Of a stretch of DNA of 64,000 nucleotides, positions 46,024 through 55,699 are shown piece by piece. The translations under genes were made by a program, and so were the position numbers. Position 1 is the first letter of the stretch. Every line of letters starts with the position of its first letter. Source of the DNA: an uncultured Trueperaceae bacterium (GTDB lineage Bacteria > Deinococcota > Deinococci > Deinococcales > Trueperaceae); assembly GCA_963727505.1 (NCBI GenBank), contig CAVSGP010000009.1, forward strand, positions 64,001-128,000, read 5' to 3'. The notes under the pieces were generated by a model, which had not been told where the DNA came from, did no database searches, and saw nothing but the letters and a program-made list of their open reading frames with translations.

Positions 46024-48495
46024 GTGTGGCTGAAGCGTCAGCTCGATCGCATCGTCGCAAGCGAGCGGCCGGTGGCGTTGCTCGGCGGCGAGCCGTACGG
46101 CGTTCCCTTCCTCATCGACGCGCTCCGTGAGCGGGAACGGCTAGCCTGGGTCACGTTGTCCCGGCGCGCGCGCGACGACGTGGTGGCACAGGGCAACGCC
46201 CTGGCGAGCGCGTTGAATCAGCAGCTCGGCGAGTCGCTCCTGCCGCACGCCTTGCCCTACCGGGCACACCTGCAGTCGTTGCGCCAGTACCGCCACGATC
46301 TTCAACCGCTGTGGATCGCCGTGTCCGGCGCCGATGTCGCGCCCGCCTTCGCGGGTGAGCTGGTCCAGCTCGCCGACTTCGGCTACCGCGTGCTGCTGGG
46401 GTTCGAGACGGACGTGCCGCCGGAGATGGACGGGCTCGATCGGTGCCTGGTGCTGGGCGTGCCCGAACTCACCGTGACCCGCGAGGACGCAGCGATGATC
46501 GCTCCCGGTGGCCTCTCTGCCGGTGAGCTCGACGCCGTTCAACGCGAGACCGGAGGGCGGTTCACGGACCTCCTGACGGTCACCCACGAACGGGCCCAGC
46601 TCCCACGCTTCCCGATCCCGACGCCGCTCGGGCCGGTGCTGCCGCAGCGCCGAGCCGAAGCCGTCGACGTTCCACTGGCGGTGCTGGGGCTCCAGCGCGA
46701 GGGTCGCCCGGTCGACGCTCTCGAGCTGGCCGTGCGGGCCGCGCCCGAGATGGTGGAGGACCTGCTGCGCACGGCGGGCCCCGCCTACCAGGACGAGGGC
46801 GCGTTGCCCCGACTGCACCTGCTCCTGTCGAGCCTGCCGCAGCCCTACCGGTCTCTCGAGCGCGTGCTGGAGTGGCGTTTCCTGGCCTCCTTCGCGACCA
46901 ACGAGTGGCGCGCCCTGGTCGAGGAGGTCGACGCCCACCTGGAGGCGTTCACGGCGCCCGAGCTTCGTGCACGGCGCGCGGGCACGCTGGCGCGCGAGGC
47001 CGGGTTCCCGCTGGCGGAGGCTGCCATGCGGGCGCGGCGCACGCCGCTGACGCTCTGGCAGTACGGGCGCATGCATCCCGACGCGCAACGGGCGGTGGAG
47101 GTGCTCAAGGAGAGCGTGCGCCTGGCGGAACAGGCCGGCACGCCGTACGAGGTGGCACGCAGCGCCGGCGTCCTGGCCGACCGCCTGGTGCACCTGGGGC
47201 AGTTCCAACGGGGCCGCTCCTGGGCGGAGTACGCCCTGCAGGTGTTCGACCAGAACGGGCTGCGAGACGGCGCACGCCGGCTGACGCTGTTCAACAACCT
47301 GGCCGTGGCCCGCATCCTCAGCGGGGACCTGGCAGGGCTGCGGCGTGGGCTCGAGGACGGGCAGGCCGCCATCGAAGGGAGCCTTCCCGAGCTCGCCGCG
47401 ACCTTCCGCGGCACGCTCGCCTGGTTCGAGCAGGCTAGCGGTCGACCGGAAGAGGCGCTCGAGCTGATGCGGGCCACTTTCGAGGGCAGCCCACGCCGGT
47501 TCCGGACGCGCTTCGGCTACCAGTTCGTGCGCTGCCTCAACGAGTTCGGACGCTACGAGGAGGCGGCCCGGGTCGCGGACGTCGCCGCGGAGCTCAGCGG
47601 CGACGCCTCGGCGCATGCCCGTCAGCTCGGGGCGCTTGCCCAGGGCATGGTGGGCGCGGTCAAGGGCGACGCGACCGCGGTCGACGACCTGCTCGGTGTC
47701 GTGATCGACGGTTCCCTCCCCGCCGAGCAGCGCCTGACGGCGGCGCTCCACGGCCTGCTGGTCGACCCCGCGGGCTGGCACCGCTACCCACCCGACGTCG
47801 TCGAAGTGCTCCGGGGCCTCGACGGCGGCGCGCTGCGCGTGCTCAGCGGGCCCGCGTCGGTCTTCCAGGGCGTCTGGGACACCCTCGTACCGGTGCGCGC
47901 GGAGCTGCGGCTGGAGTTCCTCGGGCGCGTCTCCTGCCGCCTGGGCGGCAAGGAGATCGGGCTGGCGCCGCGCATGGCGGAGACCGCGCTGGCGCTGGCG
48001 CTCCACCCCGACGGGATGACGCGCGAGGAGCTCAACGCCTTCCTGGCGCCCGACGGCACCGCCGGGCTGTCACCGAGCGGTATGCGGGCCACGCTCACCC
48101 GCTTGCGGGCCCTGCTACCGGTCAGCGACGCGCCCTACCGGTTCGCCGTGGCGTACACGGCCGACATCCTGCAGGCGCGGCGTCACCTTCTGGAGAAGCG
48201 CGTTCGCGAGGCTGTCACGCTGCTGCGTGGGCCGCTCCTTCCCGAGAGCGAGGCGCTCGGCGTCGAGGAGCAGCGCTGGATCCTGGAGGAGGAGCTCCGG
48301 CAGGCCGTCCTCGAGGCTGCGGATCCGGACGCCCTCTTCGACCTCGCCGACCGGCTTCAGGACGACGTGCAGCTGTGGGAAGCCGCGGTCGGCGCGCTCC
48401 CGCCGGGCGATCCTCGCAGGGCCCTGGCGCGCGCGCGTCTGCACCGCGGCCAGAGCGAGCAGGTTCCGCCGGCGCGAGGCCCGGCCCAGGCCTGA
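46024..48495 (+). CDS. Large regulator: degenerate MalT-like NTPase N-terminus, TPR-like middle, C-terminal OmpR/SARP-type wHTH with BTAD-like tail
   Basis: VALLGGEPYGVP...LAWVTLS (Walker A lost); helical repeats such as LFNNLAVARILSGD; LRLEFLG...LALHPDGMTREEL...MRATLTRLR; TATGCT 6 nt before GTG. Confidence 0.75.
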   Translation: MWLKRQLDRIVASERPVALLGGEPYGVPFLIDALRERERLAWVTLSRRARDDVVAQGNALASALNQQLGESLLPHALPYRAHLQSLRQYRHDLQPLWIAVSGADVAPAFAGELVQLADFGYRVLLGFETDVPPEMDGLDRCLVLGVPELTVTREDAAMIAPGGLSAGELDAVQRETGGRFTDLLTVTHERAQLPRFPIPTPLGPVLPQRRAEAVDVPLAVLGLQREGRPVDALELAVRAAPEMVEDLLRTAGPAYQDEGALPRLHLLLSSLPQPYRSLERVLEWRFLASFATNEWRALVEEVDAHLEAFTAPELRARRAGTLAREAGFPLAEAAMRARRTPLTLWQYGRMHPDAQRAVEVLKESVRLAEQAGTPYEVARSAGVLADRLVHLGQFQRGRSWAEYALQVFDQNGLRDGARRLTLFNNLAVARILSGDLAGLRRGLEDGQAAIEGSLPELAATFRGTLAWFEQASGRPEEALELMRATFEGSPRRFRTRFGYQFVRCLNEFGRYEEAARVADVAAELSGDASAHARQLGALAQGMVGAVKGDATAVDDLLGVVIDGSLPAEQRLTAALHGLLVDPAGWHRYPPDVVEVLRGLDGGALRVLSGPASVFQGVWDTLVPVRAELRLEFLGRVSCRLGGKEIGLAPRMAETALALALHPDGMTREELNAFLAPDGTAGLSPSGMRATLTRLRALLPVSDAPYRFAVAYTADILQARRHLLEKRVREAVTLLRGPLLPESEALGVEEQRWILEEELRQAVLEAADPDALFDLADRLQDDVQLWEAAVGALPPGDPRRALARARLHRGQSEQVPPARGPAQA

Positions 48496-48640
48496 GGCCT
48501 CGAACGTCCCTCCGCGACGGCCTTCCCCGAAAATGCTGATCGAGCATGGTGGAAAACGATACACTACGCGCCAGGCCCGAAATCCGCCTTGTACGCCCGC
48601 TGCGGGTGTCGGGCGAAGGAAGCTCCCATTCGGAGGTGAC

Positions 48641-50158
48641 ATGAGAAAGTCGCTCTTACTCCTCTTAGCCGGGGTCGCGCTGTCGTTCGGCGCTGCGTTC
48701 GCCGCCAGCGGCACGGTCAGCGTTGCGATGTCCGGGAACGCCATCACACTCAACCCCGGGGACACCAACGGCAACCTCGATTTCTCCATCCAGCGCCCCA
48801 TCTACGAAGGCCTGGTCGGCTTCGACAAGGACGGCAAGCTCGTCCCCGAGCTGGCTACCTCCTGGACGGCCAGCTCGGACGCGACGGTGTTCACGTTCGA
48901 TCTGCGCAAGGGTGTGACCTTCCAGGACGGCACGCCGTTCAACGCCGAGGCCGTAAAGACCTACTTCGACTGGGTCATCGATCCCGCCAACCATTTCGTG
49001 CGCGAGAGCCTGTACAACGTCATCAAGTCGATCGACGTGGTGTCGGAGTACCAGGTCAAGTTCACGCTCTCCAAGCCCTTCGGCGCGATGCTCTTCACAT
49101 TCGCGCACCCTGCCGGGCGCATCGTCAGTCCTGCTGCCATCAAGAAGTACGGCAAGGACGTGGCGAAGCACCCCGTAGGTACCGGTCCCTTCGAGTTCGT
49201 GAGCTGGACGCCGGGCCAGAAGGTGGTCCTGAAGGCCAACCCCAGCTACTGGGGTGACGCGCCGCAGGTCGCCAACCTGCAGTTCCTGTTCGTGCCCAAC
49301 GCCGCGACGCGCGTGGCTATGCTGCAGAGCGGCGAGGCGCAGTTCATCGAGGACCTCCCGCCGCAGCTCGTCGACCCCATCAAGGCCGACAGCAACCTGA
49401 CGGTCAGCGCCCAGCCGAGCATCTACGTGCGCTACATGGCGATGAACACGCAGGCCAAGCCGTTCAACGATCAGCGCGTGCGTCAGGCGCTGAACTACGC
49501 GGTGGACAAGAAGACCATCGTCGACGTCATCACCAAGGGCTACGGCACCGCGTTGACGGCTCCGATCGCCGAGCAGGTGACGGGCTACGCCAAGCAGACG
49601 CCGTACGCCTACAATCCCGAGAAGGCCAAGCAGCTGCTGGCCGAGGCCGGCTATCCCAACGGCTTCACCTTCACCATCGACTCGCTCAACAGCACCGGCT
49701 ACCAGCAGATCGATCAGGTGCTGCAGCAGATGTTCGCGAAGGTGGGCGTGACCGCCAAGATCAACCCGATGGAGAGCGGCACGTTCTCCAGCACGGTGTT
49801 CGCGCCGTTCGACAAGACCACCCTCCAGGCAGTCGTCATCGGCTGGTCCCCGTCGACCGGTGACGCCGACTGGGGCCTGCGCCCGCTGTTCGACAAGGCC
49901 TCCTGGCCGCCCGATCTGTACAACCTGGCGTTCTACGACAACCCCAACGTCAACAAGCTGATCGCCGACGGCCTCAGCACGGCCAATCAGGACATCCGCA
50001 ACCAGGCCTATGCCTCCGCCGAGAAGACCATCTGGAACGATGCTCCCTGGGTCTTCCTGTACAGCCCCTACAACATCGCGGGTATCTCCGCGAAGTTGAA
50101 CGGCGTCTTCTACATGCCCGACGGCACGGTGGACGCCCGGGCGGCCAGCCTGCAGTAA
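48641..50158 (+). CDS. Peptide/glutathione ABC substrate-binding protein (GsiB/DppA-like)
   Basis: Sec signal; LRKGVTFQDGTPFNA, PVGTGPF and GWSPSTGDADW; GGAGG RBS. Confidence 0.93.
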   Translation: MRKSLLLLLAGVALSFGAAFAASGTVSVAMSGNAITLNPGDTNGNLDFSIQRPIYEGLVGFDKDGKLVPELATSWTASSDATVFTFDLRKGVTFQDGTPFNAEAVKTYFDWVIDPANHFVRESLYNVIKSIDVVSEYQVKFTLSKPFGAMLFTFAHPAGRIVSPAAIKKYGKDVAKHPVGTGPFEFVSWTPGQKVVLKANPSYWGDAPQVANLQFLFVPNAATRVAMLQSGEAQFIEDLPPQLVDPIKADSNLTVSAQPSIYVRYMAMNTQAKPFNDQRVRQALNYAVDKKTIVDVITKGYGTALTAPIAEQVTGYAKQTPYAYNPEKAKQLLAEAGYPNGFTFTIDSLNSTGYQQIDQVLQQMFAKVGVTAKINPMESGTFSSTVFAPFDKTTLQAVVIGWSPSTGDADWGLRPLFDKASWPPDLYNLAFYDNPNVNKLIADGLSTANQDIRNQAYASAEKTIWNDAPWVFLYSPYNIAGISAKLNGVFYMPDGTVDARAASLQ

Positions 50159-50174
50159 GTTCCTGACGTGCGGA

Positions 50175-50202
50175 GAGCCGGCCCGCTACGGCTGGCCGGC
50201 TC
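50175..50202 (+). terminator. Intercistronic hairpin after the SBP gene
   Basis: GAGCCGGCC-N10-GGCCGGCTC. Confidence 0.5.
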
Positions 50203-50224
50203 CCGCTCGTTGACCTTATTCATC

Positions 50225-51145
50225 ATGTGGCGCTATCTGATCCGTCGACTGCTCGAGCTCATCCCGACGCTGATCGGTGTCTCGATCGCGGTCTTTCTCT
50301 TCATCCATGCCATCCCAGGTGACCCTGCCCGCCTGGCGGCTGGACAGGATGCCTCGCTCGCCGACGTCGAGGCGATGCGCGTGCGCCTGGGACTCAACCA
50401 CAGCCTGCCGGTCCAGTACCTTTACTTCCTCCGGAATGCCGCCCACGGCGATTTCGGGCTCTCCTTTCGCCAGCAGGTGCCGGTGCTTCAGGTGGTGCGC
50501 GAGCACTTCATGCCCACCCTTCTGCTTTCGACGAGCGCCATCGTCATCGCGTTCGTCTTCGGCTTGTTGTCGGGGGTGATGGCGGCGACGCGCCGCAACT
50601 CCTGGTTCGACCTGGTGATCACGGGGCTCTCCGCCACCGGCATCAGCATCCCATCGTTCTTCCTCGGGATCCTGCTCATCTATCTGTTCGCCGTCGATCT
50701 TCACTGGTTCCCGGTCACCGGGAGCGTGAGCCTGCGCGGGCTCGTGCTGCCCTCGGTGAGCCTTGCTCTGGCGCCGCTCGCCACCATCGCGCGCTTCGTG
50801 CGCTCGAGCTTCCTGGAGGTCTCGGGCGAGGACTTCGTGCGCACGGCCAGTGCCAAGGGGCTCGGCTATGCCGCCGTCACCTACAAGCACGCGCTGCGTA
50901 ACGCCCTGATCCCCGTGGTGACCATGACCGGGCTCCAGTTCGGCTTCCTGCTCGGCGGGGCGGTCGTCATCGAGACGGTGTTCAACTTCACGGGCCTGGG
51001 CTGGCTGCTGATCCAGTCGATCGGCTTTCGCGACTACGCCGTGCTCCAGGTCCTGCTGCTGCTCTTCGCGTTGGAGTTCATGCTGGTGAACCTGCTGGTT
51101 GACGTCACCTATGGCGCACTGGACCCGAGGATCCGCTATGACTAG
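50225..51145 (+). CDS. Peptide ABC permease (GsiC/DppB-like)
   Basis: IPGDPA, FVRTASAKG and KHALRNALIP. Confidence 0.93.
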   Translation: MWRYLIRRLLELIPTLIGVSIAVFLFIHAIPGDPARLAAGQDASLADVEAMRVRLGLNHSLPVQYLYFLRNAAHGDFGLSFRQQVPVLQVVREHFMPTLLLSTSAIVIAFVFGLLSGVMAATRRNSWFDLVITGLSATGISIPSFFLGILLIYLFAVDLHWFPVTGSVSLRGLVLPSVSLALAPLATIARFVRSSFLEVSGEDFVRTASAKGLGYAAVTYKHALRNALIPVVTMTGLQFGFLLGGAVVIETVFNFTGLGWLLIQSIGFRDYAVLQVLLLLFALEFMLVNLLVDVTYGALDPRIRYD

Positions 51146-52007
51146 CGCAGCGTCCGCCGCTCCCGCCCGCGAGAGCCGGGGCCGCGACCTGTGGCGGCGC
51201 TTCCGGCGCCATCGCAGCGGCATGGCGGGCCTCGCGCTGACGGCCGTGTTCGTGCTGATGGCGATCTTCGGCCACCTTCTGGCGCCCTACGACCCGGCCC
51301 AGGCCGACTACCTGCACCTCAACGCTCCGCTCTCGGCTACGCACTGGCTGGGCACCGACAACTACGGCCGCGATATCTTCAGCCGGACGCTGGTCGGGGC
51401 ACGCTACTCGCTCAGCATCGGCGTCCTGGCGACGGCTTTCAGCGCGCTGATCGGCAGCCTGTGGGGGCTGCTCGCCGGCTACCTGAGTGGCTGGTTCGAT
51501 ACCCTCTCGGGGCGTGTCATCGACATCATGCTGGCCTTCCCGGGCCTGCTCCTGGCGATCGGCATCATCGCGATCGCCGGGCCCGGTTTTCGCAACGTCA
51601 TCCTCGCCACGACCATCTTCGGCATCCCGATCTTCGCGCGGCTGGTCCGCGGGTCGGCGCTGGCGCTCAAGGAGCGCGCCTACGTGGAAGCGAGCCAGGC
51701 GCTGGCGGCCAGCTCCGCGCGCATCATGTTCCGGCACGTGCTGCCCAACATCTTGGCACCGATCCTGGTGTACATCACGTTGCGCGTCGGCACGGTGATC
51801 CTCATCGCGGCGTCGCTGTCGTTCCTGGGTCTCGGGGTCCAACCGCCGACGCCCGAGTGGGGCGCCATGCTCAGCGAAGCTCAGCTCTACCTGGCCATCG
51901 ATCCCATCATGGCGATCGCGCCCGGCGTGGCGATCAGTCTCGCCGTCCTGGGCTTCAATCTGCTGGGCGACGGTCTGCGCGACGTGCTCGATCCGCGCAT
52001 CCGCTGA
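51138..52007 (+). CDS. Peptide ABC permease (GsiD/DppC-like)
   Basis: HWLGTDNYGRD, RHVLPN and LSFLGLGVQPPTPEWG. Confidence 0.93.
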   Translation: MTSAASAAPARESRGRDLWRRFRRHRSGMAGLALTAVFVLMAIFGHLLAPYDPAQADYLHLNAPLSATHWLGTDNYGRDIFSRTLVGARYSLSIGVLATAFSALIGSLWGLLAGYLSGWFDTLSGRVIDIMLAFPGLLLAIGIIAIAGPGFRNVILATTIFGIPIFARLVRGSALALKERAYVEASQALAASSARIMFRHVLPNILAPILVYITLRVGTVILIAASLSFLGLGVQPPTPEWGAMLSEAQLYLAIDPIMAIAPGVAISLAVLGFNLLGDGLRDVLDPRIR

Positions 52008-52055
52008 CCCAGACGGCATCACGGCCGCACACGGCATCGTGGTAACGCGTCGGGG

Positions 52056-53282
52056 TCATCCGACGGTCTGTTCATCGGAGCCCGGAGCAGGCTCCAGCCG
52101 CCGCTGCGACCGTTGTCGTCGGAACGGAACGGGCACCTGCATCGCCGGCAAGTCGGGTTGCGGCACCGTCATCGGGACGGGTTCCGACTCCCAGCCCGCG
52201 CCGGGCTCATGGCGACGGAAACGGAAGACGGCGAGGCTCGCGACGGTGACCAGCGCCAGCAACTCCAGGGCGATCACGGTGAGCCGCGAGGCGCCGCCGG
52301 AGGGTGCGGCATCGGGGGTGCTCGGGTCGGGGGTGCTCGGGTCGGGGGCGGCCGGCCCCGGGGCTCCCGCTCCGGGGGCCTCGGCTCCCTCGGCGCTCGT
52401 GCCGGGAGTGCCGCCGGCTGCAGGTCCGGAGATCGTGGCCACGGCGCGGGTGCCGGCGTCGGAGAGCACGCCGGGGATCCTCGGCGCCAGGGCGGAGACG
52501 GCGAGGGTGCCCGACGCGGTTCCCAGGCGAGGATTGAAGGGTTCCAGCGTGCCGATCGTAGCGCCGTCGGGTGCGATGTAGCTGGGATCGGCGCCGGCTC
52601 GCAAGAGCGCGTCGACGATGGCGGGCGTGCCGTCGCGTGCGGCGAACAGCAGAGGCGTCCAGCCGCGCTGCGTGATGTGGTTCGGGTCGGCGCCGCCGCG
52701 CAGCAGCGCTCGCACGGCGTCCAGATTGCGGCCGTCGATGGCCATGACGAGGGGGGTGCGGCTACGGGCGTCGACCGGATCGGCGCCGTGGCAGGCGATG
52801 GCGGTGGCCATGGCCGCGTAGGCAGCGGGAGCGAGCGAGGTCAGGCGCGCGTCGTCGAACAGGGCTTCGGTCCTGAGGCATGCCACGTTGAAGGCGCTCT
52901 GCCGGTCGAAGGCGAAGCTCAGCGTCGCGGCGATGGCGCCCGGTGACGCGCGGCTCCTGTCGAGCCGCAGCTGATACGAAGTGTTGCTCACGACGAACGC
53001 GAGGGAAGACGGCGCTCCTTGCCGGTCGATCGAGCCGGCGCCAGGCAAGGCGCGTACGAAGGCCAGCACATCGGCGTAGGCGCTGCGCTTGCTCGAAGTC
53101 CGCGGGATCAACACGCAGGTGCGCGCCACCTGGTGGAACGGGCAATCCAGATAGGTGGCCGTCGGAGCGAACTGCGCTTCCAGCGCAGGCGCGACCCCGG
53201 CGGCATCGAGAGCGTGGGCCAGCGGTGCGAGCGCCAGGAGCATGGTGAAGAGTGCACGATGTGCGTTTCGTAGATGATGCAT
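52056..53282 (-). CDS. Exported ankyrin-repeat protein with Pro/Ala linker and C-terminal TM anchor
   Basis: Signal peptide; RTPLVMA...LLRGGADPN and GWTPLLFAA...LLRAGADPS; late hydrophobic helix followed by RFRR. Confidence 0.78.
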   Translation of the reverse strand: MHHLRNAHRALFTMLLALAPLAHALDAAGVAPALEAQFAPTATYLDCPFHQVARTCVLIPRTSSKRSAYADVLAFVRALPGAGSIDRQGAPSSLAFVVSNTSYQLRLDRSRASPGAIAATLSFAFDRQSAFNVACLRTEALFDDARLTSLAPAAYAAMATAIACHGADPVDARSRTPLVMAIDGRNLDAVRALLRGGADPNHITQRGWTPLLFAARDGTPAIVDALLRAGADPSYIAPDGATIGTLEPFNPRLGTASGTLAVSALAPRIPGVLSDAGTRAVATISGPAAGGTPGTSAEGAEAPGAGAPGPAAPDPSTPDPSTPDAAPSGGASRLTVIALELLALVTVASLAVFRFRRHEPGAGWESEPVPMTVPQPDLPAMQVPVPFRRQRSQRRLEPAPGSDEQTVG

Positions 53283-53437
53283 GAAGGGCCTGCCCACAAC
53301 GAGGTTAGGCCGTCCAGGCCGCGCTGGTTGTGAGTACCTTCCCTTCTTCCGCTCGGTTGACCCTCGATACCCAGTGGGGCTATGGTTGCGTGCATACCGA
53401 GTTGCGCTACGGTCTTGCAATCTCGAGGAGGTAGGGC

Positions 53438-54130
53438 ATGAAGATTCGAGGATGGATCTTGCTGGCGGGGGGTGTGGTCGCGGGGACTGCCGTGGCAGCC
53501 GGGCTGACCCTGCAGGCGAAGCCGATCACGGTGGCGGCGTCGGGCTATGCGGTCCCCGAGGTGTCGTCGGTGGCCAACGGCCAGAGCACCCCGCTCAAGA
53601 GCGAGGGGCCGGACGCTGAGGCCGGCGACTGGACCTTCCAGCCGACGCACACCGTCACGGAAGCGGGTAGCGAGGGCGAAGTCCAAGGTGTCGCCACCTT
53701 CTTCTCCGGGCCCAACTACAAGCCTGCGTTCCCGAACATCCTGCTGCCGAACGCCGACAGCGGTACCACGACGGTCACGCTGGGTTACCAGAGCAGCACC
53801 GTCGATGTCCCGGTCACGGTGACGCCCGCTCCCGCGCCGGACGTGAAGAACGGCAAGCAGCTCTACGACCAGAACTGCGCCATGTGCCACGGCGCCACGG
53901 CCCAGGGCCAGGGCGACTTCCCCAACCTCACGTACACCGACGCCGGCATCGGGGGCTGGTCGGTGTCGCAGTTCAACCGCTCTGTGCGCGTCGGAGTCGA
54001 CGACGTCGGTGCCACCTTGGAGCAGACCATGCCGCGCTGGCAGGCCAACGGCTTCAAGACCGACTTCGGTCATCCGCCGTCGGCGCAGGAGGTCAGCGAC
54101 ATCTTCGGGTACCTCAAGACGCTGCAGTAG
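53438..54130 (+). CDS. Exported monoheme cytochrome c with extra N-terminal beta-rich domain
   Basis: GKQLYDQNCAMCHG, distal MPRW; GAGGAGG RBS. Confidence 0.88.
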   Translation: MKIRGWILLAGGVVAGTAVAAGLTLQAKPITVAASGYAVPEVSSVANGQSTPLKSEGPDAEAGDWTFQPTHTVTEAGSEGEVQGVATFFSGPNYKPAFPNILLPNADSGTTTVTLGYQSSTVDVPVTVTPAPAPDVKNGKQLYDQNCAMCHGATAQGQGDFPNLTYTDAGIGGWSVSQFNRSVRVGVDDVGATLEQTMPRWQANGFKTDFGHPPSAQEVSDIFGYLKTLQ

Positions 54131-54199
54131 GCGCCCCGTTCCACCGGAACGCAGGAAAGCTCCGCGGCCGCGACCGGCCACGGAGCTTTCCATGGCCCG

Positions 54200-55699
54200 C
54201 TACTCCAGGTGCGGCCGGGGAAGCAGCAGGGTCAGCACGGCGGTGGCGAGCGTGAACAGGAAGACGACCAGGTAGACCCGGTGAAGGCCCAACGACAGGC
54301 TCCCGCGAAGCACGTCCATCACGGGGCTGCCGCCGGCGGCCGCGGGGCCTCGCTCCAGCAGGTTCTGGACGCTGTCCACCGACACCTTGCCCTCTAGGCC
54401 ATGCTGCGCGATGCTGTGACGCAGGCTGAGGTTGAGCGTTCCCCCCAGGAGCGCCGCTCCCATGGCGTTGCCCAGGATGCGCATGAACATGTTCGTAGCG
54501 GTGGCGACGCCGCGCCGGGCCCAGCCCACGCTGCTCTGAATGGCGACGATGAAGGTGGTCGAGAGGAAGCCCATGCCGACCCCCATGAACAGCGACGAGA
54601 CGCTCGCCCACAGCGGGCCCAGCGACGGGCGCATCAGGATGAACAGCACGCCGGCGAGCAGGCCGGAGGCCCCACCGATGCGGGCGGTGGCGCGTGCGCC
54701 GAGCGGAACCAGCAGCCTCCCGGCCAGGACCGACGCGATGGGCCAGCCGATCGACATGCTCGTCAGGGTGAAGCCGGCGATGAGCGGGGAGCGGCCCATG
54801 ATGCCCTGCACGTAGGTCGGCAGATAGGTGATCAGTCCTATCATCATCACGCCGGACGTCAGGGTGGCGAGATTGGACCGGGCGATGAGCGGGTCGCGCC
54901 ACTGCGCCAGGTCGATCATCGGCTCGGAGGCGCGTCGCTCGTTGAACAGGAACGCCCCGAGACCGAGCAGGGATACGGCCAGCAGCACGCTCAGGCGGGT
55001 CGCGCTCCACTGTCCTGCCTCGGTGAGCACCAGCATGAGCGCGGCCATCGCCACCAGGAACAGGCCCGCGCCGAGGCCGTCGATGCGATGTCGGCGCATC
55101 TGCACGTCCTCGTGCAGGAACAGGGTCACGCCCAAGATGGCGAGCAGCCCGAACGGCACGTTGAGCCAGAAGATCCAGGACCAGTGCGCGTACTGGACGA
55201 TCAGACCGCCGACCAGCGGCCCCACCACCGCGGACACGCCCCAGACACTGGAGAGGTAGCCCTGCACGCGGGCGCGTTCGCGCAGCGCGAAAAGGTCGCC
55301 GGCCAGCGTCGTGACCGTAGGGTAGACAGCGCCCGCGCCCAGCCCCTGGATGAAGCGGAAGGCCACCAGCGTGACCATCGACGGCGCGAGCCCACACAGC
55401 ACCGAGCCCACCAGGAACACCATCACGCCTCCGACGAAGACGGGCTTGCGGCCGTAGAGGTCGGCCAGCTTCCCGAACATCGGGGTCGTGATCGCCTGCA
55501 TCAGCAGAAAGGCCGAGAAGACCCAGCTGTACAGCGCGAACCCCCCGAGACTGGCTGCGATGCTGGGCATGGCCGTGGCGACGATCGTGCCCTCGATCGC
55601 CGCCATGAACATCGCCAGGACCAACGAAGCGAGCACCCAGGAGCGGCGCGTCGGCCGCCCCTGCGCGGGAGCGCCGGGGGGACCCGCCTCCACGTTCAC
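54200..55699 (-). CDS. MDR-type (DHA2) MFS transporter
   Basis: GKLADLYGRK, RFIQGLGAG and WSWIFWLNVP; GTGA overlap. Confidence 0.92.
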   Translation of the reverse strand: MNVEAGPPGAPAQGRPTRRSWVLASLVLAMFMAAIEGTIVATAMPSIAASLGGFALYSWVFSAFLLMQAITTPMFGKLADLYGRKPVFVGGVMVFLVGSVLCGLAPSMVTLVAFRFIQGLGAGAVYPTVTTLAGDLFALRERARVQGYLSSVWGVSAVVGPLVGGLIVQYAHWSWIFWLNVPFGLLAILGVTLFLHEDVQMRRHRIDGLGAGLFLVAMAALMLVLTEAGQWSATRLSVLLAVSLLGLGAFLFNERRASEPMIDLAQWRDPLIARSNLATLTSGVMMIGLITYLPTYVQGIMGRSPLIAGFTLTSMSIGWPIASVLAGRLLVPLGARATARIGGASGLLAGVLFILMRPSLGPLWASVSSLFMGVGMGFLSTTFIVAIQSSVGWARRGVATATNMFMRILGNAMGAALLGGTLNLSLRHSIAQHGLEGKVSVDSVQNLLERGPAAAGGSPVMDVLRGSLSLGLHRVYLVVFLFTLATAVLTLLLPRPHLE

